Both the position numbers and the translations under genes were made by a program. A DNA stretch of 64,000 bases from positions 16,058,001 through 16,122,000 of the forward strand of contig OZ024764.1 of the NCBI GenBank assembly GCA_964016885.1, written 5' to 3'. A model generated the notes under the pieces. The model ran no database searches, had not been told where the DNA came from, and worked only from the letters and a program-made list of their open reading frames with translations. Shown piece by piece: positions 51,301-64,000 of this stretch (position 1 is its first letter; each line of letters begins with the position of its first letter). This stretch comes from Eledone cirrhosa. Taxonomy: Eukaryota.

Positions 51301-52195
51301 GGGCTAAGTTGTGGTGTGTGGGAGAGAAGACTGAGATGGTATGGACATGTGATGTGTTGAGAGAGAAACTGTGTATAAGAGGGATAAGTTGTAGTGTGTG
51401 GGAGAGAAGACTGAGATAGTATGGACATGTGATGTGTTGAGAGAGAAACTATGTATAAGAGGGATAAGTTGTGGTGTGTGGCAGAGAAGACTGAGATGGT
51501 ATGGACATGTGATGTGTTGAGAGAGGAACTGTGTATAAGAGGGATAAGTTGTGGTGTGTGGGAGAGAAGACTGAGATGGTATGGACATGTGATGTGTTGA
51601 GAGAGAAACTGTGTATAAGAGGGATAAGTTGTGGTCTGTGGGAGAGAAGACTGAGATGGTATGGACATGTGATGTGTTGAGAGAGAAACTGTGTATAAGA
51701 GGGATAAGTTGTAGTGTGTGGGAGAGAAGACTGAGATAGTATGGACATGTGATGTGTTGAGAGAGAAACTATGTATAAGAGGGATAAGTTGTGGTGTGTG
51801 GGAGAGAAGACTGAGATGGTATGGACATGTGATGTGTTGAGAGAGAAACTGTGTATAAGAGGGATAAGTTGTGGTGTGTGGGAGAGAAGACTGAGATGGT
51901 ATGGACATGTGATGTGTTGAGAGAGAAACTATGTATAAGAGGGATAAGTTGTGGTGTGTGGGAGAGAAGACTGAGATGGACGTGGAAGATGACCGCTGGG
52001 TGAAGAAGTGCCAGGAAATCCCAGTGGAAGGAAGACCACGAAAAACATGGGTGGAGGTGGTGAGAGCTGACCTCAGATTGCTGAAGCTCACGGTGGAGAT
52101 GACGAAAGACCGTGGCAAGTGGAGAGATGCTGTGCTGAATAGGACCCGTCCTACCCTTGCAAGCAGAGAAAAGCGGACGTAAAATGGTGATGATG

Positions 52196-52227
<32 letters not shown>

Positions 52228-52628
52228 ATGTGGAGCGAGAGTCTCCTAGTCTTCATTAAGACATCTCTCTAGAAGGTCACTCTGATATAAAACCTGTGAC
52301 ATCCAATGATGTAGACCAGTTCTTCTTTTTGGGTAAATGCTTTCAATTTTCAGAGAGTGGGATTGGCCCCGTGCAAAGCCTTTCCTCACTTAAAAAAGCT
52401 TCAAGCACTTGCATCGCTTGATGTGTGACATTTGCGATGCATGGTATTGCTGGCCATAGGCATGTCCGTAGCAGGACTAAAATGCCATGTCGCATGCTTA
52501 AGTATCAAGCGATGGCATTACTCGAAATCGAGTTACAGTCGTCATATATATATATATATATATATAGTGTATGTGTGTTGTGTGTACAACTTACCCTTGA
52601 AACAATTGTGAACTACTAGTCTCGCCAT
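45260..52628 (-). CDS. MRPL52: Mitochondrial ribosomal protein L52 (mL52), whole gene (5 exons, 126 aa)
   Basis: Spliced translation MARLVVHNCFKELRLCAA...AGSKYRYDKGQAENNSSYGPLTDLPDYTYLDGRPSELSMRQVVRRKKRIEMASTVATYVAEI...QLKPKV*, with the family motif YGPLTDLPDYxYxDGRP. All introns are GT-AG and phases are consistent. Confidence 0.95.
46225..47898. repeat. 51-bp minisatellite, about 33 copies (same unit as 23683-26204)
   Basis: Direct inspection. Confidence 0.97.
48007..48071 (-). CDS. MRPL52: MRPL52 exon 4
   Basis: tag|(D)GRPSELSMRQVVRRKKRIEMA|gtgagt. Confidence 0.93.
48307..50040 (+). repeat. 49-bp minisatellite (about 32 copies) amplified from an RTE-tailed SINE, whose 3' end follows at 49885-50040
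   Basis: Unit GTCCACACTGTAAAGTGGTCATGTAGGAGACACAGTAAAAAGGCTCCCA; single-copy version near 63100-63320. Confidence 0.92.
50079..50146 (-). CDS. MRPL52: MRPL52 exon 3
   Basis: ccag|KGQAENNSSYGPLTDLPDYTYL|gtaagt. Confidence 0.95.
50203..50753. repeat. 97-bp tandem repeat, about 5.5 copies
   Basis: AACATTCCACTGAGAC recurs at 50303, 50400, 50497 and onward. Confidence 0.92.
50852..50942 (-). CDS. MRPL52: MRPL52 exon 2
   Basis: ttttcag|LRLCAAVAPGAVRHVTTTSALSAGSKYRY|gtaagt. Confidence 0.9.
51025..52197 (+). mobile_element. RTE-clade LINE 3' fragment with internal 80-bp x10 array (51191-51978)
   Basis: [17 protein letters not shown]...[10 protein letters not shown]...RPRKTW, with (GAT)n tail. Confidence 0.9.
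52595..52628 (-). CDS. MRPL52: MRPL52 exon 1
   Basis: MARLVVHNCFK G|gtaagt. Confidence 0.85.
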
Positions 52629-54154
52629 GATTTCGTAAGAAAAACATTAAACAACGGGAGACAACTCTGTTTAGCCGGTGTTTCTCACAGAAATTCCTTC
52701 CACTGAATTTTTTGTCCTGGCTGGGAACGCTCGGCTCTTGGATAATCGAACCCCCACTCCCCACCCCTGCTCTTATTCCAACTTCCCCACTTATTGAATT
52801 TTGATAATCTATCTCAGGTGAAATTTTATTTTAAATGGTAGCATTTCTGCGGCAATTAATTTTCTTTGGACATTAAAAGAATTCATTACTAGAAATCCTA
52901 TATATTATAAAATAAATAGGATGGGTTGGGGGTCTCAATATGTAAACTAAACGATTAATTCTGGTATTTAAAATAATTCAAGCGAGACACAAACTAGAAA
53001 AGTTACTGATTTGGGCTCATAAAGTCATGGGTTTGATTCCTGGACTAGGTTGTGTGCTGTATTCTTGAGCAAAACACTTCATTTCATGTTGCTCCAGTAT
53101 ACTCAGCTGAAAATGAGTACCAGCAGCAATGGCTGGGGGTTTAACCATGTGATGGACTGGCGTCCTGTCCAGGGGAGTCTTGTACTATCAGTCACTTCAC
53201 GCCATGAAATCAGGATAAGCACCAGCCTTGGGGCAGACTTGAACTCTGCAATGGACTGGGGTCCTCTTGTCTTCCTTTAGTTGTAGATTCCTTATGTTCA
53301 GTAATGTCCTTTCCGACCATAATTATGCCGGTGACGTAAGCATAAGTCTAATTTATTATTTAATGAAGGGTAGATCCTTCGATAGTGGAGGCACGTGACC
53401 TAGTGGTAAGTGTGTTGGTCTTACGATCATATGTGGCTTCCATTCCTGGACTGGGTTCATTGTTGTGTTCTTGAGCAAAACATTTCATTTCACATTGCTC
53501 CAATATACTCAGCTGAAAATCAGTACCAGAAATAGCTGGGGTGGCTAAACCTGCAGTGGACTGACGTCATGTCCAGTGGGTAGTCTTGTATTCTCAGAGA
53601 AAGAGAGTCAAAGTATGAAATGAGAAATGAGAGGGTTATAGACAGAGATAAGTGAAGAGGAGGAGAGGAGAAAAATGAAAAATAATAACAGTCAAAATTT
53701 TAGATAAGTAATGCCTGGTACTTAACCCTTTTGCATTTAAACCAGCCATGCTAGCGTGGAAGATGGATGTTAAACGACGATGATGATGATGATGATGTAT
53801 CTGGCCAAAATTCTCTCACCTCTTTCTGTTCAAACCGGCTGCAACCGGCCATAAATACTGATTTTAAGGTATTGTTTTCAAAATAAATATTATCAAAATC
53901 TCATAGATTTGATATAATGTGAGATAATTATAATAATGAAATTGTGTACAGTGCTCAGGTGCATTACAACTCATCAAAGGTGCATGTCTTGTACATAGAA
54001 TAATGTACAAATGTCAGGAAAATGAACAGTGTATGAGTCGTGAAATACATCTGTGCGTGTGTATAGAGGTGGGATATCAGGTATAGTGTTGTCAAGATCA
54101 TCTAGCTGACTATAAGTGACCTTATAGTCAGCTAGATGATCTTGACAAGCGAGG

Positions 54155-54570
54155 ACAAGCTTGAGGAGAAAAATGTGGAAGTTGAAGGACCCCACAGCCA
54201 GTAACAAATTTAAAGGCATGTTACTTGATACTTTCGACAATAAGGAAGAGCAAATAGAGACATGCAATATAGAGGAACAGTGGGAATTCCTGAAAGATAA
54301 TCTACTGAAGGCAACAAATGAAATCTGTGGCTGGAGAAGACCTTTAGGGAAGAGTGTAACTTCGTGGGGGAGGAGACAAAACCAAAAGGCAGGTATAGAA
54401 AGAATGGCGGGATGGAGGAAGTAAAGAAAACTATCAGGAGGCTAGGAGAGTAGCGAGGTGACAAGTGTACTTTGCAAGAAGAGAAGCAGGAGATAAAAAA
54501 CTTAAGCATGTTATAAAACTTAGGGACCGTCTAACCCATGCTAGCGTGGAAGATAGACGTTAAACGACGA
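54155..54570 (+). mobile_element. RTE LINE fragment, near-identical to 44270-44620 in inverted orientation
   Basis: KDPTASNKFKGMLLD...NLLKATNEICGW. Confidence 0.8.
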
Positions 54571-55139
54571 CAACAACCAAAGGTATGAGGGGTTCTGGAT
54601 TGAGATATTGTTGGGGTAAAGTGTGTCCATATATACATACAATATACCCACACATCTATACATAGGTTCTAGGTATTTTGACCCCAGTAATTTGGCTGCC
54701 AGTCAATTTTATTCCCGATATTAGAAAAAAATGAAACCTTGAAATTCATCATTATCCTTACGGGGTCGATAAAATAAAGTACCAGTAATGCACTGGGGTA
54801 ATTGGTGGCCTTCTGCCAAAAGTAGAAACATTCTTGGCAGTATCAGTAGAGAGTCGGACATCATGCTTTGTAGCATAGAGTTACGTCCCTTTATGATCTG
54901 AGTTCAAATGCCGCCGAGGTTAACTTTGCCTTTCATCCTTACGGGGTCGATAAAATAAAGTACCAGTAATACATTGGGATAATTGCTGGCCTTGTGCCAA
55001 TAGTAAAAACAATTATTATTCTGATGATGATTTACCAAAAGCTATAGATACTGAATGTATCATTTCAGTCAACCATTTGGGTGTTTTATTTAAAGAGTTT
55101 ACAGGTTTACCTGTGTTCTATACCTGCCTCATTCGTTAC

Positions 55140-57588
55140 TTAATCTTTAGTATTTAAACCGGCTATATTCTCTCACCCCTTTCTGTTCAAACTGGCCATA
55201 ACTGACCCCTTATACCAACTTTAAAGTATTGTTCTCAAAATAAATATCAAAATCTCGTAGATTTGATATTATGTGAGATATTATGCGAAGTAAAGCCTTT
55301 GCCATGAAAATACAATAGTATATATAGAGTAATGTGAATGTTATGTGAGGTAAAGCCTTTACTGTGAAAATACAATAGTATATATAGAGTAATGTGAATG
55401 TTATGTGAGGTAAAGCCTTTACTGTGAAAATACAATAGTATATATAGAGTAATGTGAATGTTATGTGAGGTAAAGCCTTTACTGTGAAAATACAATAGTA
55501 TATATAGAGTAATGTAAATGTTATGTGAGATATTATGTAAGGTAAAGCCTTTACTGTGAAAATACAATAGTATATATAGACTAATGTAAATGTTATGTGA
55601 GGTATTATGTGAGGTAAAGCCTTTACTGTGACAATACAATAGTATATATAGAGTAATGTAAATGTTATGTGAGATATTATGTGAGATAAAGCCTTTACTG
55701 TGACAATACAATAGTATATATAGAGTAATGTAAATGTTATGGGAGATATTATGTGAGGTAAAGCCTTTACTGTGAAAATATAATAGTATATATAGAGTAA
55801 TGTAACTGTTATGTGAGATATTATGTGAAGTAAAGCCTTTACTGTGAAAATACAATAGTATATATAGAGTAATGTAAATGTTATGTGAGGTAAAGCCTTT
55901 ACTGTGAAAATACAATAGTATATATAGAGTAATGTAAATGTTATGTAAGATATTATGTGAGGTAAAGCCTTTACTGTGAAAATACAATAGTATATATAGA
56001 GTAATGTAAATGTTATGTAAGATATTATGAGGTAAAGCCTTTACTGTGAAAATACAATAGTATATATAGAGTAATGTAAATGTTATGTGAGGTAAAGCCT
56101 TTACTGTGAAAATACAATAGTATATATAGAGTAATGTAAATGTTATGTGAGATATTATGTGAGATAAAGCCTTTACTTTGAAAATACAATAGTATATATA
56201 GAGTAATGTAAATGTTATGTGAGGTATTATGTGAGGTAAACCCTTTACTGTGAAAATATAATAGTATATATAGAGTAATGTAACTGTTATGTGAGATATT
56301 ATGTGAAGTAAAGCCTTTACTGTGAAAATACAATAGTATATATAGAGTAATGTAAATGTTATGTGAGGTAAAGCCTTTACTGTGAAAATACAATAGTATA
56401 TATAGAGTAATGTAAATGTTATGTAAGATATTATGTGAGGTAAAGCCTTTACTGTGAAAATACAATAGTATATATAGAGTAATGTAAATGTTATGTAAGA
56501 TATTATGAGGTAAAGCCTTTACTGTGAAAATACAATAGTATATATAGAGTAATGTAAATGTTATGTGAGGTAAAGCCTTTACTGTGAAAATACAATAGTA
56601 TATATAGAGTAATGTAAATGTTATGTGAGATATTATGTGAGATAAAGCCTTTACTTTGAAAATACAATAGTATATATAGAGTAATGTAAATGTTATGTGA
56701 GATATTATGTGAGGTAAAGCCTTTACTGTGAAAATACAATAGTATATATAGAGTAATGTAAATGCTATGTGAGATATTATGTGAGGTAAAGCCTTTACTG
56801 TGAAAATACAATAGTATATATAGAGTAATGTAAATGTTATGTGAGATATTATGTGAGGTAAAGCCTTTACTGTGAAAATACAATAGTATATAAAGAGTAA
56901 TGTAAATGTTATGTGAGATATTATGTGAGGTAAAGCCTTTACTGTGAAAATACAATAGTATATAAAGAGTAATGTAAATGCTATGTGAGATATTATGTGA
57001 GGTAAAGCCTTTACTGTGAAAATACAATAGTATATATAGAGTAATGTAAATGTTATGTGAGATATTATGTGAGGTAAAGCCTTTACTGTGAAAATACAAT
57101 AGTATATATAGAGTAATGTAAATGTTATGTGAGGTAAAGCCTTTACTGTGACAATACAATAGTATATATAGAGTAATGTAAATGTTATGTGAGGTAAAGC
57201 CTTTACTGTGACAATACAATAGTATATATAGAGTAATGTAAATGTTATGTGAGGTATTATGTGAGGTAAAGCCTTTACTGTGAAAATACAATAGTATATA
57301 TAGAGTAATGTAAATGTTATGTGAGGTATTATGTGAGGTAAAGCCTTTACTGTGACAATACAATAGTATATATAGAGTAATGTAAATGTTATGTGAGGTA
57401 TTATGTGAGGTAAAGCCTTTACTGTGACAATACAATAGTATATATAGAGTAATGTAAATGTTATGTGAGGTATTATGTGAGGTAAAGCCTTTACTGTGAA
57501 AATACAATAGTATATATAGAGTAATGTAAATATTATGTGAGGTAAAGCCTTTACTGTGACAATACAATAGTATATATAGAGTAATGTG
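55140..57588 (+). repeat. Third copy of the piggyBac-like MITE with 60/71-bp array (about 55265-57588)
   Basis: Same left flank and unit as 17808-19231. Confidence 0.92.
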
Positions 57589-58319
57589 GAAGGAAGAATG
57601 AATGGATGCCATGAATTACATATATGAATTTGATGAAGGTGAGATCTGCAAGATAAAAGAAAGTATATACACTCCTGACAATAAGATGGATTTTTTTTAC
57701 AAGGAATAGCACATAGTCTTCATTATTACTGAAGCTTTTAGTAATATTTTTATATTTTACTGTACTTTTTATTTTTGTCTTTATTATAATTAAACTTTAA
57801 TTCATATTTTTGAATGATCTGACTACATTCATGTATTGGATTAACCTGTTGACTGCTGTGTATAGTTTACACAGTTACAGTTGCTGTGTATAGTTTACAC
57901 AGTTACAGTTGCTGTGCCAGGTTTTTTTTCCCAGTAAAATGACTATTTTGATTGACAAATGTCACATCAATAAACTAGTAACCCCATCTAGCTTTGAAGT
58001 TATGAACTGTTGGAAAGGAGTCCATAACTTTGAAGTTATGAACTGTTGGAAAGGAGTTCTAACCCGTTAGGACGAGTTATCTCGTCTACAGCACTGAGGA
58101 GGTTAATAAAGGAAGATAACATGGTTTAATTGTTTCCTTTTTCATATAGTTACTGTATAATTACTTGTTTATATTACAAATACTGTATTGGTTTTATGTT
58201 TTGAACTGATAATAAATAATAAATAATAATAATAATAATAACGAATTTCAACGTTTTATTTTTTTTCTAATATCGGGAGTAAAATTGACTGGCAGTCAAA
58301 TTACTGCTGGGAGTCCAAT

Positions 58320-59355
58320 TCAGATCCTGAACACTATAGATCTTTCCTGCAATCAGACCTGGACACAATCCAGCAATGGTTTATGGACTGGCAACACAAG
58401 CTGGCTGTGTATAAGTGTACCACCATGGATTTTGGGAGGCGAAACCCAGTGTCCACATACTCCCTCCACAACACTAATATCAAGAAGTCTTCTTGTGAAT
58501 GTGACCTGGGCATTACTGTCAGCAGTGATTTGCGTTGGACAAAGCACATCCCTAAAATTTTCAAGAAGGTCGAGGGTGTCTTAGCATCACTCAGCAAGAT
58601 CTTTGTCAGCCACTCTCCAGCTATCTATTTAAAGCTGTATATAGCTATGGTGTGGCCACACTTAGAATTTGTATCACCAGTCTGGAACCCCTATTTTGCT
58701 CAGAACATTAACCTCCTGGAAACCGTTCAGAGACATGCAACCAAGCGAATACTCTCCATCGGGCATCTACCATACTCTGAACGCCTTGCTTCCCTGGGTA
58801 TGGCTACATTGAGGCTCCAACATCTGGCAACTGACTTGTTAAAAACCCACAAAATTATTAACCATCTTGCCAACAACAACCCTGAGCACCTTTTTGAATT
58901 CCATGCCTACAAAGTCAGAAAACAGCACAGCTCCCATGACTTTAGGAAACATTTTTTCACGCTCAGTGTTGCTGAAGCATCGAACAAACTGCCTGCATCA
59001 GTTGTTAGCTGTCGAGACACTGCATCCTTTAAAACCTCCATGGAACAAACTACCTGCATCAGTTGTTAGATGTCGAGACACTGCATCCTTTAAAATCTCC
59101 ATTGAACAAACGACCTGCATTAGTTGTTAGCTGTCGAGACACTGCCTCCTTTAAAATCTCAATGGAACAAACTCCCTACATCAGTTGTTAACTGTCAAGA
59201 CACTGCATCCTTTAAAACCTAACACATGCACACATGTATATCATGACTCATACACTGTTCACTTTCCTGACATTTGTATACTATTCTATGTACTATACAT
59301 GCACCTTTGATGAGTTGTAGTGCACCTGAGTACTGTACACAATAATTTCATTATT
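58320..59355 (+). mobile_element. CR1/Jockey-group LINE 3' fragment (end of RT ORF plus 3' UTR)
   Basis: CDLGITVSSDLRWTKHI...LYIAMVWPHLEFVSPVWNPY...LETVQRHATKRI...FRKHFFT; four 61-bp terminal repeats; (ATT)n tail. Confidence 0.9.
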
Positions 59356-60345
59356 ATTATAGATACACATATACACATACAATATATATATACATATACA
59401 TAAAATGTACACAATATACACAGTTGTCAGAACAGATACATAAACACACATGAAAACACATACACACATATATATATATGAAAACGCACATGTATGAAAA
59501 CATACACACTTGAAACATACACACACACACACATATACACGAAAACGCATACACACATATGAGAGCACACACACGAAGACACATATACACACACACAGAT
59601 GGAAACTGATACGCACACATATACACAGCAGCACGTGAGGAATTACCTCCCTTGAAACAGCACCTCTCCATGATTTGTAATATGTGAACCCCTCATCCAA
59701 CTCCGCCATTTTACCAGAGACAACGGGTGTATACATATATATATATAAATATAAAAACACACATATATATACACATATATATGTATATATAGATGTGTGT
59801 ATAGTCATAGATGTATGTATAATCTTTTTTTACTCTATTTTTGAATGCATGTATATATGTATATATGTCATAGCTGCTCTCGCTCTCTCTCTATATAGAT
59901 ATATATATATTTATGTGTGTATTTTTCTCTCGGTTATTCAGCCATTTGTGTTCATTCTTCTTCTGTATACACGATCGGCACGTATATACACATATATATA
60001 GATATATATGTGTATATATAATATATATACACACATATATGGTGATTATTACTGAATAATAAGGTCATTACAATATCTCTACAGAGGTAAGCTAAGAATT
60101 ATACATATTTAGTAAGATACACAGTTTGAATGTGAAGACGTTATATACACACTTACATGTATATATATATATATACATAGATGTAAGTGTGTATATTATA
60201 TATAGTTATATATTTTTATATATATATATATATATATATGTGTGTATATATATTATATATAGTTATATACACATGTGGGAGTTAGTATATATTTATTGTT
60301 GAGACATTTTTTATCTATTCCTACGTTTCTGAGTAGTGATCAAAA

Positions 60346-60397
<52 letters not shown>

Positions 60398-60539
60398 ATA
60401 GCTTCCATTTATTAATATTATTGATATATATATATATAAATGTGAAGACTTAAATCCAAAGAGGGCTCGATAAGGATTAATATATATATAAGACCCCGTT
60501 AAGCAGCGATTCTTTGCTTAAACTTTAATCTGTTATTTT

Positions 60540-61005
<466 letters not shown>

Positions 61006-61189
61006 TCAATAAAAATGGGAAGCCATATCCATTTGGTTTATTAAAATCGGAAATGTCCCTTCACCATCTCAAACAGTAAAACTATGAAACAATGAAATAT
61101 TATTTTAGATCTGGAAAAGGTTTACTTTCGTTGATAGAGGGGACCGCCGGACGTGTGATGTTATTTCCTCAACGATCGGCCCCTTTATA

Positions 61190-61234
<45 letters not shown>

Positions 61235-61355
61235 GAAAAAAATGTTCAAGACCCCGACGGCAGAGCTCAAGCCGTTTCGACGGCTATTTCTGGACTCCAG
61301 AAATAGCCGTCGAAACGGCTTGAGCTCTGATGTCGGGGTCATACCTTTTCCTATA

Positions 61356-61400
<45 letters not shown>

Positions 61401-61665
61401 GTAGTTCGGATCTATATATATATATATATATATATACATAGATACATAGTTCGGATCTAGCTGTCGAAACGGCTTGAGCTCTGCCGTCGGGATCTTGAAC
61501 ATTTTTCGATATGTAGAAATATATGCATAGTTCGGATCTAGCTGTCGAAAAGGCTTGAGCCCTGCCGTCGGGGTCTTGAACATTTTCCTATTACCCACTC
61601 TGCTACCCAAAGTATTGAGTACTCTGCTGCGTTATGGTCCACCTGGTTCCTTACCACACTTCCTT
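61235..61665. mobile_element. Hairpin-rich dispersed element (GACCCCGACGGCAGAGCTCAAGCCGTTTCGACAGCTAG units); also at 21059-21530 in opposite orientation
   Basis: Shared about 130-bp unique core plus repeated and inverted subunits embedded in TA tracts. Confidence 0.65.
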
Positions 61666-61668
61666 CGT

Positions 61669-61774
<106 letters not shown>

Positions 61775-62115
61775 AATGTGTTTAAAATACCATAGTAATT
61801 AAATATATAGTATGTATGTATTGTCTATATATTTAACCCCATTCGGTTATTTACACATGGCGATCGTTGAAAGAGTTTTTTTTTCTTTCATCTTTTATTC
61901 CTTTGTACACACACACATATATATATTAACTAACTATAATATAATATATATATAATTGTTTCTACTATTGGCACAAGGCCAGCAATTACCCAGTGCATTA
62001 CTGGTACTTTATTTTATCGACCCCGTAAGGATGAAAGGCAAAGTTAACCTATATAGAGAGAGATAGAAATGGCTTCTACAGGACTAGAACTGTTTCATTC
62101 GAAGGAAATCATCAG

Positions 62116-62167
62116 GGATTTCCTGATGATTTCTCTCGAATGAAACAGTTCTAGTCCTGTAGAATCC
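62116..62167 (+). ncRNA. Type I hammerhead ribozyme-like motif (Penelope-type); a mirror copy lies on the - strand within palindrome 62063-62175
   Basis: GGATTTC-CTGATGA-tTTCtctcGAAt-GAAA-CAG-ttctagtc-CTG-TA^GAATCC; stems I, II and III can all form. Confidence 0.6.
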
Positions 62168-62289
62168 ATTTCTATATTAAATCTTATATATATATATACT
62201 AAAGTATATAGTATATATAGTAACTATACTATCTATTGAGTACTTTACTTACTGTGGTGACCCCCGATTGAACACGGAACTCACGCACA

Positions 62290-62337
<48 letters not shown>

Positions 62338-64000
62338 GAGTGGTTAGTGAATTGGATTGGCAATCGTGAGGTTGTGAGTTCGATTCCTGGACCAGGAGCA
62401 AGACACTTTATTTTCCGTTGCTCCTTCTACCTGGAGTTGCCACTGATAGATAGTATTAGCAATTGGAAAGACCAGTGGAAACATTCCTTCCTCAATCCGA
62501 TTTGACAAAAGTCAATCGATCCTTTATATATCATCATCACCATCATCATCAGGAACCCAGTCAACGTTTGGTAGAGTCAGTTTCATACACAGATCAATCA
62601 AATGGGCTACTTTCATTAACCCTTTAGCCTTTAAACCGACAATATTCGGCCAGAATTCTCTCACCTCCTCCTGTACAAACCGGCTGTAACTGGCGACTCA
62701 TACAGATGTTAAGCACTGCGGGATTTAGGACAAATGAGGCCCTGTGTTAGTTAAGTTATGAGACCTCTTACTTGGGCCCTGAAGGAGGGAAAAAAAAATT
62801 TGGCAGGTAAATGGCTCCCCTGGCCAAACCCACGCTTGCATGGGTTTGGACGGGGGTTTTCCCACTTGAGGCAAGAGTGATTGTCTTGCTCGCATAGGAC
62901 TGTCTGGCGGGTCTTCTACAGCTGGATGCCCTTCCTAACACCAACCACGTTTACAGTGTGGGGCTGGGAGGTTTTTACCGTGTTGCCTACACGGCCACAT
63001 TACAGCGTGGACTGTCTGGCGGGTTTTCTACAGCTGGATGCCCTTCCTAACACCAACCACGTTTACAGTGTGGTTACATATATATATATATATAACTCAT
63101 AGTCCACGCTGTAATGTGGCCGTGTAGGTAACACGGTAAAAAGCTCCCAGTCCACACTGTAAATGTGGTTGGTGTTAAGAAGGGCATCCAGCTGTAAAAA
63201 ACCTGCCAGATAGTCCTATACGAGCGAGACACGGTCACCCGACCAACCTTGCCTCAAGTGGCACAACTCCCGTCTAACCCATGCTAGCGTGGAAGATGGA
63301 CGTTAAATGATGGTGATGATTATATATATATATATACACTCACATACATATACATATGGTCTCAAACAGCATATTATCTGCCTTTCAACTTGAGAGAAAA
63401 ACCCTTTGTAGTTAGTAACAGCAGTAGCTCCCCAAACTTTTTCCATCTCGTTCTCACTTGGGCTACAGTATTTCAGAACACCAATCTTCTCAGTTAGGCT
63501 ACAGTACTTCAGATCACCAATCTTCTCAGTTAGACTACAGTACTTCAGAATACCTAAGTAACAGAAGCTATCAACTACTACATTTAATATAGCCTGTTTT
63601 CTGTAAGTGGTCGTGTAGGTGTCATGACAAAAAACACCCATCCCACACTGTAAAGTGGTCGTGGAGGTGTTATGACAAAAAGCACCCAGCCTACACTGTA
63701 AAGTGGTCGTGGAGGTGTCACGGCAAAAAGCACCCAGTGCTCACTGTAAAGTCGTGTAGGAGTCACGGCAAAAAGCACCCAATACTCACTATAAATGTGG
63801 TTGGCATTAGGAAGGGCATCCAGTTGTAAACCAGCCAGAAATAGTCCTTTATGAACGAGACACAGTCACCCAACCCAACTTGCCTCAAATGAGACAAACC
63901 CGTCTAACCCACGCTAGCGTGGAAAGTGTATGTTAGTGGATGATGGTGATGATGATATATGTATATATAGTATCCAGAATAAGGATGGGTTGGAAGAAGT

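Noticed and set aside
2662-57588. Regular arrays as possible CRISPR loci
   Set aside because: Units are contiguous with no unique spacers, there are no cas genes, and the context is eukaryotic
17846-57612. Long repetitive ORFs (17846, 19757, 23606, 23778, 27511, 31956, 45959, 46186, 56503 and others)
   Set aside because: They are stop-free frames of tandem repeats lying in introns or intergenic DNA; true exons were found only as short parts of some of them

Overview
AT-rich, microsatellite- and retroposon-dense animal genomic DNA. The repeat landscape suggests an octopus (inference). It holds three genes. (1) A 1664-aa single large ORF (8032-13026, +) encoding a mostly disordered protein with about 10 'SxLLRA[AV]LT' helical motifs, two in-frame tandem arrays and C-terminal zinc fingers. 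(2) A complete 13-exon RABGGTA (Rab geranylgeranyltransferase alpha, about 573 aa, 20834-42078, +) with two U12-type introns; one has non-canonical AT-AA ends. (3) A 5-exon MRPL52 (126 aa, 52628-45260, -), convergent with RABGGTA. Most long ORFs in the supplied track are artefacts of mini- and microsatellites. The main observations are: near-identical inverted SINEs lying inside the two U12 introns and bracketing exons 9-12 (candidate minor-spliceosome circRNA or skipping switch); several long palindromes carrying Penelope-type hammerhead ribozyme cores; and minisatellite arrays that mostly trace to locally amplified segments of LINEs, SINEs and MITEs. Repeat coordinates are approximate; exon coordinates were read by hand.
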